Shown here in pieces: positions 13,256 to 27,746 of a stretch of DNA of 64,000 nucleotides; the stretch's first letter is position 1; each line of letters opens with the position of its first letter. The notes beneath the pieces are model-generated. The model saw only the letters and a list, made by a program, of their open reading frames with translations, searched no databases and was not told where the DNA came from. The translations under genes were made by a program, and so were the position numbers. This stretch comes from Conidiobolus incongruus B7586. Lineage: Eukaryota. The stretch covers positions 1-64,000 of the forward strand of contig JNEM01011165.1 in the NCBI GenBank assembly GCA_000697335.1, written 5' to 3'.

Positions 13256-15413
13256 TTACCTGGATTAATTAATATATACTATTTAAACCTATTCTATTTA
13301 AAATTTTAAAATTTTTATTTTCTTTTACTTTTTTAACATTCAATCTTTATACCTATTTCTCTTTACACTCTCTTTATTCATTTTAACAACTCATCTTTTT
13401 ACTTTTTTTAATATCTTTGGCTTTATATATATATATATATATTTATTTATTTATTTTTTAACAATAACCTCTTAAAAGTTCAATTTTTCCAAACAATTTG
13501 TAAATTTAATTATTAAAATTTCGACCGACGATTTTAAGAAATATATATATTTCACATTACATTTCTTCACAATTTTAAATTCGTAAAAAAATCCATTACT
13601 TTTTATTGAAATTTATATAAGTTTTTACAATTTTATGTTTTTCTGATATATGAAATAATTACATACAATTAATTTTGATCTAATAATATCATACAAATGG
13701 GAACTTTGAAGCCTATTTTGATTTGCCTACTGTTATTGTCAATTATCACAGTATTAATATACCAGTATTGATATCTTTTCAATAAATAATTTTTAATATA
13801 TTTTAGATTATAATTACCCACTTTGTCAATTCCTAAATTATATTATATATTTTTGATTAATATTATTAGGACAACTTCAAAATCAATAAATTTCAATATA
13901 GTTTATATTCAAAAGTTAAAACAGTTCAAAAATGTACTTATCAAATTTCATTATACAATTCGAAATTATACTGAATATTGAACCAAATTTTGATTACTTC
14001 AAATAGAAACTCTTTTCATTACCAAATATACATTTATGATCAGTTTTTGATAATCTAAATAGATAAAAATACAATCTTTTCCAAAAATAATCCAATATGT
14101 ACTCCTAACAAAGTACTATAAACTAACAAACCGGATTAGTCTTAAATAATAATTTAACGATGACTAATGCAATATAATATAAATATATAACTATTATTTG
14201 TTAATTAGGGTACTATTTGATTAGCAAATATAGTTTTATTTAACTATTTGAGTTATTATTTTAAAATTTTCCATAGATACTTCACCAAAAAAAATTAAAT
14301 TATTTAATTATGCATAATAATTTTAATTTAAAACATTTTTGATTATTTTATTAAAAAATAAAAAAATAATTTGAATTAAATTATATTAACCAAAATAAAA
14401 TAATAATATAGTCAAAAAATATAATTTTCTTTTAAATAAATTGAACTAAGAAGCTTAACTCTGCTCATGTTTATTTGACAAATCAAATATTTTTTCCATT
14501 TACGAAAATTCACCTTATTGTTTCCATATAATTTGACAAATTTAGTAATTTGGAGATTTATTTTTTTGAATTGAAATTTATACAAAAAATACAGTAATAA
14601 AGTATCATATTCAAAAGATCTTTAATACATGTTGAAATATTAATAAAATATATTTCATAATCTTGTTAATTGATGATTATAAATTGATATCAAATTTTCA
14701 AGTTATTTAAATTAATAATTTTTATTGAAATAATAATTTGATCATTAATTAATCATTTTAATAATTATATTAATATGACATTATCTAATTATGAATAACA
14801 ATTTTGTTAAAATTATTATTGATATTTGAAAAATTATAAATCATGATAATTAAAATTAATAAAAAAATATTGAATATGAAATATCAAGTCTGGATGTATA
14901 TGAAACTCAATTAAAGCATATAACTAGTAAGAAAAAATTGGATTTTGAGAATAATTAATCGCCAAAGGTCAAATGATGCTCTAATTATTATAATTTAATA
15001 GACTTTAGAGAGGTTTGGCCATGATAATTATACCAAATAGTTAAATATGTCAAAAATACAAAGGAATCTGTATGAAATATACAAATATCATTCTTCAAGT
15101 ATCCAACTATTCAAACTAAATAATATCTAATACATTATCCTTAAATCAGACTAAAAAATAACTAAAACAAATACCAATCAAATCAATCGAATCAAATTTC
15201 CAAATTATCAAATTGTCCTTGTTTTTAATTAAAAAAAATTTCAGGGATAATGATAAACATAATTTAAATTAATCTTTTCATTAATTAAAATTTTATTGTT
15301 CTTTTTCTATTATAAATTATCACCTTGGTCAAAATTTAATAAACATTATAATTATTGATTTACTTATAAATATTATAATATAAAGAGATAAATTGATATT
15401 ACATTAATACGAT

Positions 15414-16299
15414 ATGAAACAAGATAACGAGAATGAAAATTTTGGAACCGTTGGGGATCTTTCACGTTCACCTAGGGATATGGATAATTTTGAAGATAAA
15501 AAGTAAATTAAACAAAAAAAATAAAGTAATAAGAAATTAATCTCAATTTAGAACTTCTGAAGATAATATAGCACCTATTACAACTGATCAGTTGGAACAA
15601 TTAGACCAGTTAAAACTACTCGAGTAAATATCAAATCTGTAAAATTAAATTTAAGTTATTAACTATTTTGGTAGAGATAGAGTACTTCAAATGAATCAAA
15701 CGCGAGAAGTTGTTCAAACTACAGTTTTACACCTGATACGCCAGCAACAGTTATTAAGTGAAGTACAGAGAGAGAAAGAAAATTTGATGGAGGAGAAGAG
15801 AAGTGTTTTAGAAGATTTAAAATCGATTCAGGACGATATAACAACGGTACTATCTTATTCTTTTATTGGAAGTATTAAATTATTTATTCCAGTTGGGGTT
15901 TAGGTTGAACAATTAGAGTCTAATTTAATAGGAAATTGTAGACAGTTTATGCAGACTATGGAAGAGTTGAGAACTCAAGGTTTAGAAAAGCTAACTGGTA
16001 ACTATTAAAAATCAAATATTGTAATATATTATATTTAACATATTGTTTAGCTGAAGTTAACGAGCTTAGAGGGAGACTTGGATTAAGTAAAATTGACTAC
16101 CACTTTGAAGAAGATTTCGATTGTTTAAAGTAATTTACTATTTATTGAGCGTATAAAATTCTTTGATTAATCTATTCTTTTAATCAATAATAGAGACCTC
16201 AATCTACCTACGCAACTTGGCTACATTCCCAATATCAAAACGGAAGGAGGTGAATTAGAAGGTACACGCCATCTCAATTCTTCTCCAGGTCCTCATTGA
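15414..16299 (+). CDS. Coiled-coil protein resembling the N-terminal region of ZC4H2 (zf-C4H2 family), 6 exons
   Basis: Six exons join in frame through GT-AG introns. The product QLDQLKLLEDRVLQM...LMEEKRSVLEDLKSIQDDI...LTAEVNELRGRLGLSKI aligns by eye to the ZC4H2 coiled coil as I recall it. No C-terminal zinc finger. Confidence 0.65.
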
Positions 16300-16928
16300 T
16301 TATTTGAATATATACTTATATAAACGCATATGACCTTCTATCTTGTTTTATTTGATAATATGCATAAATTTTAATAATTTTCATAATTCAGGATATGCTG
16401 GCGCTTAAATTAACAATCAGTTTCAATTAACACCTCAATTTCTACCAAATATTGAGAAATTGCATTTAATGAATGCAATTTTTTCAATGAATTCCAATAC
16501 TAGTTAGATTTTTTTCAGCCATATATTTTTAATCAAAAAATTTAATTCAAAGCTTTAATACCACTATTTAAATCAATTTATAATATTCTGAGTTTAAAAC
16601 GAATTTTAAGTAGTACAACTCAGAAAATGGGCTGATTAAAATGATTTTCAATGTATTTTTATAATCCAGCATTATTGATTTAAAATATATTGTTAATAAT
16701 CACAATATCAAGGTAAAAGCTAGTAAGAATATTGATGTTGAATAACTATTTAATAATATTTGAATTAATTTAAAAACAAAATATAAATAATATTAATTCC
16801 ACAATTTATATTCTTCACTTAATATAATCCCATAATCTAAAATTTCACCAAATTAACAATTTATAAATTCTCATCAAGTTTCCATACTTAAAATATTGAT
16901 TTTATCAAAAAAAAAATAATAATTTAAA

Positions 16929-17281
16929 ATGGATGATACTTTCCAGCAAGTACAAAAACAATGCGCCGAACAACTCAAAGCCTTAGGTGAATGCATCGAA
17001 AAGTATCAAGCTGACTATCCCTCAAAATGTCAAGCTCAGAGACAAGCTGTCACAGTTTGCGCTGAAAATAAGTAATTCCCTATAAAATCACAATGATATA
17101 TTCATTAACCCTTCAATTTAGTGTCCCAATCCTCAAACACATCAAGACAGAATGCTTCGACATTATTAACAAGTACGAAGATTGTATCAACAAGAACGCT
17201 GACAATCCCCAAACCTGTATGCCAGAATTACAAAAGTTGTCAGAATGTAGTGATAAAGCTAGAAAATCTTTTTTACAATAA
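16929..17281 (+). CDS. MIX14: Mitochondrial intermembrane-space double twin-CX9C protein (Mix14/CHCHD5-like); exons 16929-17071, 17122-17281
   Basis: Four CX9C motifs: CAEQLKALGEC, CQAQRQAVTVC, CFDIINKYEDC, CMPELQKLSEC; about 100 aa. Confidence 0.85.
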
Positions 17282-17473
17282 TTTAGATACTTATTTATTC
17301 CTCTTTAATAATTTAAAAAAAATTAATATTTTAAGAGGTTTAAAATCAAATAAAATTGAAATTAGAATTTTGCATTCTAAAGTTTTATTAATATATTTTG
17401 ATTTTTATCTATATTTGTTCTAAAAGATATCTAAAATGATTATTATTAGCCTTTTGTCCGTTTTTAATAGCTC

Positions 17474-17478
<5 letters not shown>

Positions 17479-17517
<39 letters not shown>
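17479..17517. repeat. (AT)n microsatellite
   Basis: About 19 perfect AT units. Confidence 0.95.
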
Positions 17518-17520
<3 letters not shown>

Positions 17521-19010
17521 CAAATAGATATTCAAAATTTAATTTGAATCAATTTTGATTTCATTTTCATTAATGATTTCATTATATTTATATCAGTGAT
17601 AAATTAATTAATTTAATAATTCACAAAAAAATTAAATTTTTATAAACTATTTGTAAATTAATGTTAATAGTTATTATCAGGAATAATCGTGGATTATATT
17701 ATTATATAATATTAAATGATTTATACTTAATAATATCTTTTGAATCAGAATTATAATATTATAATATTTTTTAAAACATTTAATTTGACAATTTATTATA
17801 TAATATATTTAAATTTAATTATAAGAAATTAAAATAAAAGTATAAATAATTATAGATAAATCTATAAATAATAATTTAAGTATAAAAAGATATTAATAAA
17901 TAAAAGATTGATAATATAAAGCTAATTGGAATCTTTTAACAATATTTAAGTATTGTAAATATGTGACATTTTGTGAATGAGAGGCAAGTGCTTCATTATC
18001 AAAATTCTGAATTCAATTTTATTCAGCTAAATTTAGTATTTTAACAAAAATTCAATTGATTAGCAAACTATATCTTGCATTTATCCATTAGTGCATTTGA
18101 ATAAAATAGATAAAAAATGTTGCCAATATAGTAAGTCCTTAATTTGTTTAAGGAACATTATTTACCATTAATACATTTATTATTTTATGTTTAATAATAT
18201 TATTTGATTGATATATCCATTCAATTCAATCAGACTATTTTGTTTCCAATTTGAATTTAATCAAATTATGATTCACATCGAATTGTTAATTCAAAATGTT
18301 GACTTTATGAGGTATCTATTAGTAGAATATCACGTATGAAAAGTGCAAATTATTGAATTTTATTATCTACAGAACAACTCATCACTACTCATTATTTGGT
18401 TGTTATTCAACCTCATAAATATATGTTTTAAATTTTAGATAAACAAATTGTGATAATCGCTTTTCAATATAATTAAAGATTCGACTAAATTTTTAGAAGA
18501 TATTCAATATGTTAAAGTAAAAAATCAGCCATTAATCATAAATATATTAATCAACTGTAAATTATCAATTCAAAATTTCAATATGTATATCAATTTATTA
18601 TTTTTAATCTTTGAGAATTGACCAATAAAAATTAATTAACAATAATTAAAAAAATTAATTTAAATATTTCATTATAATTGAATTAAAAATAAAATAATGT
18701 ATTTTAATTTTTTAAAATAGTGTATTATTGGTAAAAATTTCCTTTTTCTAATTTTATTCAATTTGATTCAAAATGATTATTTTTTTTAAAACTGTTTTAT
18801 TTGACAATTTGAGTCACTAATACCATATCAAAATATAATTAAAATTTCATCCTCATTCTATTTTCTTAATGCAAATCAATAACATTTTATTGAAAATCAT
18901 TTGAGAAATAAAATTAATATTCTAATAGAAATTTCCTATCAATGATGTTTAATAATTGATTCAGTATTATAACTGATTGACACTTTCTTCATTCTATAGT
19001 TTTAAAATAA

Positions 19011-19462
19011 ATGAACTCTCAAATCACTCTAAATCGTCCTTTGGATGAAAATATTGTAAATACCAGAAGATCCAAAACCCTGTTGGAACAGTTGACCAAT
19101 TGGCGAATTCTATTGCTAATAACTCTGTCAGCAGCTTCTCTCATTGCTTTTAGTTTGGTCACTTTTTTCAAAGGTCCTGAATTGGTAAAATATTTAAATA
19201 TTGCAAGAGATGAAATTTTGAAATATCCAGGATGGTAAAATATTATTTTTTTAGAATATTAGAATATTAACTCGGTTTAGGGGTGCTTTTGGCCTAGTGT
19301 GCTTTTGTTTTTTAAGTTGTTTTCCTCCTTTTACAGGTCACGGTTTTTGCGCTATGTTTACGGGATATATCTTTGGTGTGGGTTATGGTTTTTTGATAAT
19401 TTATCCTTCTACGGTGTTGGGTATTATTGGGTGTTATTGGTTAGGAAGGTAATTCATATATT

Positions 19463-19496
<34 letters not shown>

Positions 19497-19925
19497 AATT
19501 GTTATAATGTTTTTAGGAAATTGTTTTATAAACAGGTCATCAAATTATTGTACCAATATCCTACTTTTAAAAAGTTAGACCGAAGAATTGAAAAAGACGG
19601 TATCAAACTTGTGATCCTACTTAGGTTGGGACCATATCCATTCAGCTGGTTAAACCTCATGTTCAGTAGTATTTCAATCCCTTTCTACCAATACTTTTGG
19701 GTTGTAGTCATAGTAAACATTCGAGTCTTACTCACTATCTATATTGGGACTACTTTAGACTCTCTTCTAGATATGTTCCACTCCGGAATTCACGGAAATA
19801 CCGCTCAAATTGTCGGATTTTGCGTCAGTATGACTTTCTTAGCCATCAGCAGTATTTACACTTTTTACTATTTTAGAAAGACCGTTAATGATAAGAGTTT
19901 GGATGAATCAGATAGTGTTGTATAG
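19011..19925 (+). CDS. TVP38: TVP38/TMEM64 (DedA/SNARE-associated Golgi) membrane protein; exons 19011-19234, 19281-19448, 19517-19925
   Basis: SCFPPFTG..GYIFGVGYGFLI..YWLGR and KLVILLRLGPYPFSWLNLMFS DedA-type motifs; hydrophobic segments. Confidence 0.85.
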
Positions 19926-20242
19926 TAGTGTTTAAAAGTAACTAGTGATTTTTAGAATTTTTGTTTGTACAAATATTCGTATTTATAATCTTCAGAGATA
20001 CCAAAATTTGAATGATATCATATTGGTAATAGAATTTGAGACGACATTACCTAACTCGGTAAATGAAACCGCAATTTGAAATTTTCCCAATTTGGTGCCT
20101 AAGGAAATCTAAAGTATAAATTTGGTGTACCCATAAATTTTTAAGCAAATGTTAAAATATAAATTATGATCGAATTTCAATTCACCTAATACACCCCAAT
20201 AAATAGTCATAATAATCTTTAATATTATTCATATTTAATAAG

Positions 20243-21544
20243 ATGGATTTAGAAAATGTAACAAATTATGAAAAACTTTTAGAACAAAAATTACGATTAG
20301 ATGATAGACATTTCACATTAGAATTAAATAAATCCCACGGATATGTAGATTTATTAGAATATTTATTTAATTTACCTATTGCTTCTTATCCAACTGACGA
20401 CACAGATAACCAATCCCTGAAAAACTGTGTGAAACTGAGTTTCTTATGGATAACTAGGTGGAGTTCTTTATCTTTAGACTGTATGGTCCTGAAGTCCCCA
20501 ACACCAACGCTGCTAATCAGTTTTGCCAATGCCTTCTTACCTTTGAATTTGGACTCTGTGAGTGACATATTTGACAAATTTTTGGACAAGTACCCCAACC
20601 TACCGCTCGAATTCAATGATTACGGTCTCGAGTTGAGCAACTACATCTGGCGACTCATCAAAAAAGTCGAAAAGAGTCACTCTTCCAGACATTTGGAGGA
20701 GCTTGGCGAAATTTTGAATCAATTTGGCAACCAGTTGGCAATTACTATGACGAATTTGAAAATGGTGAGTGATTCCTTATTCTATGAATTTGGCTTGAAT
20801 CAGGAGGAATTATTGGAGAGTGTTCTGCATTTTTACGAAATATTGACGAAATTAATTACCAAAGACATTATGAAGGATGTGATGATAAGAACTAAGACGA
20901 AGGTGCTAAGTTTGATTCATACCTTGGTGGATTTGAAATACTTCCAGCCTATTCTAAATAACACCACAGCTGACCCCAAGCAACTTGCAGAGGATTTGAA
21001 TGCGATGGTGATGGGATCGATGGACCAGTTCCCATTAAATATGAATACATATATAGGTACAGATGCTGCCATCTTTTCCGATTTGGAATTTTATTTTCAA
21101 TGGAGCAGTAAATTTCAAGAGATTCAGGATACGATATTTAATGGGTAATATTTTGATGTTATTTGTAAAATATTTTTATTGATTGATTTTTTTAGATATG
21201 ATTCCAAATCGGAATATGTAATACAATCCCTTAAACAGTACCTAGACTCCGCATATCAACCTTACAACGGCCACGTTATCCCTGCAGAATCTTTACATGA
21301 CAAGACTACCACACCTAACTTACCGTCCAGCACATTAGAATCTCAGGACGACTTACTCACAGCGGAGCAAGAATCTCTAATCTCACAAGTTCGCGACCTA
21401 TTCCCAGAGCTTGGGGAAGGTTATATCCAAGTATGTTTACGGGAGTTCCACTACGATGTAGAGTTGACGATTATGAATATTTTGGAGAATAATTTACCCT
21501 CTCATATCTTAGGATTGGATAAAGGGATGAATAAGATCAAATAA
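20243..21544 (+). CDS. CUE-domain protein, ASCC2/Cue3-like, 2 exons; ends just after the CUE domain
   Basis: ESLISQVRDLFPELGEGYIQVCLREFHYDVELTIMNILENNLP matches the ASCC2-type CUE domain. Helical N-terminal region; intron at about 21144-21195. Confidence 0.75.
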
Positions 21545-22402
21545 AAAGGAGGTATTTATTTAAGATAATTTATTGAAATCAATTAAAAGTTGATGAAATA
21601 TGTTAAAGTATTAAAATATGTTGAATTATATTAACCAATAATGTTAAATTGTAATTTAATCCAAGCTATATTCTCTTTTTCAATATATTCTAATTTTCAA
21701 ATTTAACCAATTTTCATTATTTATCAAAAAATCAATTTTGTTATTAATAAGAGTAAAATTCCTAAATTTTAGAAAAATTACAAAATATTTTGTTTTAACT
21801 AAAATTATTCAAAATAATTAGAAATATAAAAAGAATTAACTTAATGTAAAATAATGATAACAACTTGATTAATCTTTTTGACAATATTTTAACTTTATTA
21901 ATTTCAATTTAATATAAAAACAATTCAATTTTTATTCAGTTAACTTTATAAATTTACTAAATTGATTATAATTTATTAAAAACAAATAAAATAATATTAT
22001 AAGTATATATTTATATATTTTAAATTTAATTCAACTTTTAAAAATATATTTTATTAATATTAAATTATATCTTATGTAAATTATTTTATTTTAATATTTT
22101 CTAAAAAAAATTTTTTTAAAAAATGAATTTTAATAATTCATACTTAAAATATAATAACTCTTATATTTTTCCAAATTAACCAATTAAAATTAATTTTAAA
22201 GTTTATCTAAATATTTTGTAATGATTCAATTATTACGTTTAACTTTGCATTTTTTTTATTCATCATTTTAATTTCAATTCAATATTAATTATTAATTAAG
22301 AATTTTTATTTAAGGATATTAATATTACAATATATTATATTATAATACATTTAAACAAATAATTTAGTATAACAAGAAATATATAATTAGAAAAAAAATA
22401 TT

Positions 22403-24070
22403 ATGACAGATATTTATAATTATTCTACATCTAACGAATTTACCCCCAGTAATAACTTTAATGACACTAAACCCAACTGTTGCAACTTAAGTCAAGTAGT
22501 AGGCTCCAACGACTTACAATTCAGTATTACTAACGCAGAAAAAGTATCAGAGGGCGGCCATTCTTTCATAGCTTACCTTATCCAATTCGACGTAATTTTA
22601 TTATAATTTTTATATTAATAACAGTATTAAAAGTTGTTTAGAATTATGAAGTGAGGAGGAGGTATTCCGAATTTGAAAGTTTGAGAAAATCCTTGGTGAA
22701 ATTGTATCCAACTGTAGTAGTGCCTCCTATTCCTGAGAAACATACTATTGGTAAGAGTTTATTTATTCTTATGCACTATTATATCACTAATTGTTACGGT
22801 TTTAGCTCAATACGCCGTCAAGCAGAACAGAGCCAAAGATGACTTGATAATCATCGAAAAACGCAAACGAATGTTGCAATCATTTTTGAATAGAGTGAAA
22901 CGTCATCCTATTTTAGCTGCTGAGCATATCTTCCACAGATTTTTGGAGCATGGAGTCAACTGGCAAGAGGTTTTGAATACCCCTCCGCTAAGTACATTGC
23001 CAAAACATCCCCACTTTCATGCGACCGCTGCTGCTAAGAACGATCCTAATTCACCTAACCCTACAGCTCCCGGAGCTCTTGCCAGTTTGAAAAAACCTGA
23101 CCCGAAATTCGTCGAAGCCGAGCAGTTTACTAACAAATTTTCAAATGTTATTAGCGGTCCTATTTCCAAGACCATTGTCAGATTGATGAAGAAGGCCAAC
23201 GACTTGTCACTAGACTGCGCTGAACTTGGAGCTGTCTACAACGGTTTTAGTTTAACTGAGAATGATCAGTTGGCTACAGCTATTGAAACCGTTGGTAAGG
23301 CTGTCGACCAAACATTCTTGGCCACTGGAGAAATGGTTAATGCTATTGGTGGAGAAGTTTCTGAGCCCATTGAAGAGTACGTTAAATATGGTGATATCAT
23401 TAAGAAAGTTATCAAATTCCGTCATCAGCACCACCTCCAAGTCGAATACACAGCTGACTCGCTTGAAAGTAAACGTGCATACCTCATAGATCTCGAAGCT
23501 CAAGAGGAAGAAAGCAAGAAGATCGCTGCAGCTCTTCAAAAGGAAACCGAAAGCAGAGATCCCTACTCTGACGATGAATCCGTATACAATGAAGAAGAAC
23601 TTGCAGCTAACCCCAATTCCCAGGATCTTGTGCCCAATGCCGAAGTATTTGAAAATCAGACACCTTCTCCTAAACAGCAGTCCAGACGCGGATCGGCGGC
23701 CGACGAGACTGGCCCATCTTCAGCGCCCAACATGCCCACACCCAAGCGCAGCACCAACATTCTCAATATTATTGGCCACACGATCCAAGGTCTCATTGAT
23801 GTGAACCCTGAGATCACGCGTCGCAATAACATCTCGAAAACCAAAGAAGCGATTATTCACCTTGAAGAACAACTGGAACAATCCACCCTCGACCTCAAAG
23901 AACTCAGTACTGCTATCCAACAAGATCTGGACCGATTCCAAACGCAAAAGCTCGAAGATTTCCACGAGATTTTGGGTAATTTTGCTAGACTGCACATCGA
24001 TTGGTGCAAAAAAAACCTGGAGGCTTGGGAGGATGCGAAAAGGGAAGTGGATCAGATCCAGGTGGACTAA
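22403..24070 (+). CDS. SNX41: PX-BAR sorting nexin of the SNX41/ATG20 group, 3 exons
   Basis: PX domain [36 protein letters not shown] region contains [18 protein letters not shown], typical of Snx41/Atg20. Confidence 0.85.
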
Positions 24071-26253
24071 TCATACTTTTAATCTCTTTTTATTTCTATT
24101 AACAATTTTTTTTAAAATATTATTCATTTCCAAATTATATAATTAATTTTTGATAATGATTCAATTTATCAAATTATCAATTTTTTTATTAATATCAATA
24201 TCAATTCACAAAGCCTATAACATTGTTTAGTCTTAGTTATACAATATATCCGAATTTGCTGTATTTCATTGTTTTTAATTATTTTTTACTTAGTTTATTC
24301 ACAATATACAATAGCAACTTTCTATAAGCCTAAGCTTGATAAATTGAATGATTTAATAAATATTAATTGTTTATATAGAATTTTCTTAAAAGGATGTATA
24401 TAAATATTGTTTATTAATTCGAAATTTTGGATTATAAAACTAACTTGCAATTTTAAATTCATTAGCATAATTTGTTTTTAATAATAAGTAAATTGGATGA
24501 TACAATCATGAGGAGAAAATATTATCAATCAAAATGATACAAGTGAATATTGAAAAATTAATTGATTATATAAAATACTATAAGTATTTTAATAATATAT
24601 TTGTTTTGATCAACATATATTTGTCAAATTGCATTACTTTGAAAGTAATGAAAAATGCTGAATGATTAATAATTGACAATGTTAATATATAAATTTTGGA
24701 TAATAAATTGAGTTTATAATATATCCTTTTTTTAAGTAAAATATGGTTTGAAACTTTGAAATTTAATTTTTTTTTCAAGTGCTTTGAATAAAAGTTGAGT
24801 TTTCATTTTTATAAATTATAGTTAAATTTTCAATTTTAAATTAGTTTATTTGTAAATTATAAATATTTTTATTAAAATTAATTGTATTAATATAATATTA
24901 GAATTTATTATATATAAAATTATTCAAATTTCATAAGATATTGAATTTAAAAATTAACTTAATAATTATGATATACAATTTTTAATATTTACAAAAATTA
25001 GGTTTCAAATTGAATATAATAAAGTAAAAATTATAAATTTACCTTAGTGCAGTTATATTCTCAAAAAAAAAACTTTATCATATTATGTCTATTAAAGTAT
25101 ATGAATTTGAATTAAATATAATTATATTCCAATTTTACGAAATTCGGAACTTTAATATAAAAATTCATTCCAGATAGGATATAATGGCAGAAACCATTAA
25201 AGAATATTTTAATATTGAATATATTATATTCCAAATTAAAATACTATTAACTATATTTTTTTAAAATCCCATTAGTCTTATAAATAAAAGTGTAAAAATG
25301 AAAATCACACTTCAAAATTGAATAATATAATTTGAAAATACTTTTATCTAGTTTCAATTTTGGAAGTTCCACATTAGATATGATATATTTTAGATATTTA
25401 AGTCTTGCTATGAGTATATTTTTATAGACCAAAGTGAATTATCAATTATCTCAAACTGGTTGTTTTACAATATTATATATTATTTTGAAATAGATATAGC
25501 TTTAAATTATCCTAAAAACTGTTATGTATTAATAAAATATCATATAGCTAATTTTACCAATAATTAAAAAGAGTAAATTACTTTTGATTAAAATATACTA
25601 AAATAAAAAATTGAAATTATATTTGAAATATATTGTGCAGCCATCACATAATCAGAAATATTTATCCAACTTTTAAGTCCTAATGATATAATTTTTTGCT
25701 TTTTATTGTTTAGCCAATAAAATAACATAAATATCTTTTTACATGTTTTTAATGGGTAGATATTAGAGAAAGAACTGAAAATATATTATAAAAATCTAGG
25801 TTTTAAAATTTCCAAAATTGGAAATCAAATTTTTCTTGAATAAAAATTCTATATCTTAATTTACTAGTAATATTTTTTTGTAATATTTATATGGTAAAAT
25901 GAATCAGGAACAATAAAAAATATATTACGAGAAGTATCATTTTGATAAACTAAAGCTATTTGATAACCATCAAATGATTTATTAATCAAATTTTTAATTT
26001 TTGCTATTTATGTTCAATTGTTTTGGTAGCTAAAATATATTAAAATGAATTAAAACTCTTTGAGTCCATATTCATAATACTAAATTGAGTTAAATAGTTA
26101 TGTAAACTAAAGTTAATGAATTCTTCCAAATGATATTCAACAAGTTGTATCAATGAGTGGAATTAGTCATCGTATATGAATATTGTAGTGTGGAAGTATA
26201 TATTAATGCTGTTATTGATCATATTTCAAGCAAAAATTGTCAAATTTATAACC

Positions 26254-26895
26254 ATGAAATTAATTAACCATATTTTTCAAATTGTAGCTTTGGCCACTGT
26301 TGTTCTGGGTCATATGGAAATCCAAAGCCCTCCTCCCCGTAAATCCCAATACAGCAAGTACTACCAGCAGATTGGTGACGTTGACTGGGACTTGAACGCT
26401 CCTTTGGGCAACGAGTTCGGATATGACTACCCTTATCCCTGCCGTGGTGCTAAACAGGGTCCACCTCAAGGTAATTACACTGCAGGATCCACCATCAACG
26501 TCAAATTCCTCAAAGTAGAATCTTCCAATATCCATGATGGAGGCCATTGCCAATTTGGTATCTCTTATGACAATGGTAAAACCGTAGCAGTATTAAGTAC
26601 AGTGATCAGGAGATGCTTTCTCGATGGTCTTACCTTCCCTGTTACCATTCCCGCTGGAGCTGCTCCAAGTGACAAAGCAGTACTTGTTTGGACTTGGATT
26701 AATGCTGTAGGCAATCGTGAATACTATTCAAACTGTGTAGATATCAAGATAACTGGCGGTAATCCTAGCGGAAGTATCACAGGTCCCGAGTTGTTGATTG
26801 GCAATCTTCCAGGATACCCTAGATTCCCCGAGTTTTATGAAGGAGATCGTAGAGAGCTCTTCGATAAGAGACCTACTATTACAATTAAACCATGA
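26254..26895 (+). CDS. Secreted AA11-like lytic polysaccharide monooxygenase, copy 1
   Basis: Signal peptide (likely start MKLIN at 26254) ending VVLG, mature His1 (HMEI), YPC, HDGGHCQ (second His), WTWINAVGNREYYSNC (AA11 WTWxNxxGNRExYxNC motif with the axial Tyr). Confidence 0.85.
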   Translation: MKLINHIFQIVALATVVLGHMEIQSPPPRKSQYSKYYQQIGDVDWDLNAPLGNEFGYDYPYPCRGAKQGPPQGNYTAGSTINVKFLKVESSNIHDGGHCQFGISYDNGKTVAVLSTVIRRCFLDGLTFPVTIPAGAAPSDKAVLVWTWINAVGNREYYSNCVDIKITGGNPSGSITGPELLIGNLPGYPRFPEFYEGDRRELFDKRPTITIKP

Positions 26896-27746
26896 ATAGG
26901 TACAATATTGATTTCAAAATAATAGTAATAAATATTATTTAAATATGTATAATTTGAAATTAATTAATTAACAGCATATTTTAATGTCATATTATCGAAA
27001 TAATATCTATATTATTATTTCGCTTATAAGTTTTACCATTTAGCCGATATCATTCTACTTTAACCATGGATATTTTTTGACAACTCCATCTATATACAAT
27101 TATATAACAATCATAACTATTATTATATTGTGATTTCGAATGACTTGTGAAAAGGATCCAATCAATGAATTAATAGTAATTTAATAAATAAAATATTTAA
27201 TAATCGCTGATTGTTTAGATTAAAATTTTAATTTACTTTAATGAATTTGAAAGATAAGTTATTTTTATAATACTATTTGTTACAGCTTTTATCGAGGAAT
27301 TTTGGACAATTCTGCCTAAAAATATGCACTATTAAAAATATAAATCAAGATATCGAATTCTTTTCAAACTTATGGTGAAGAATAATGGAACAATTGATTA
27401 AAAGTAGTATTTTTCCTTAAATGAAAATTTATTAATACTCAAAAACACAATCATTGAATCATGTTATTTAATAACATATTTATTCATATTATTATATTAA
27501 AAAATTTGTTATTATGATAATCATTATTTAACATTTTGATTTTAAAATAAGATGAAATAATTGAAATTTATCTTGAGCAAATTGATTCGACAAAGTTTCC
27601 CTAACTATTTGATAAATTGAGTATAAAATTAGATTGAATTAATATTAATTAAATAGATGGTGACTTGTTATCGTGGATCAGCAATATAAGTTAAATACGC
27701 TCAATATCACTTTGTGTTAAGTTAAATTAATTTAAAATTTAATATT

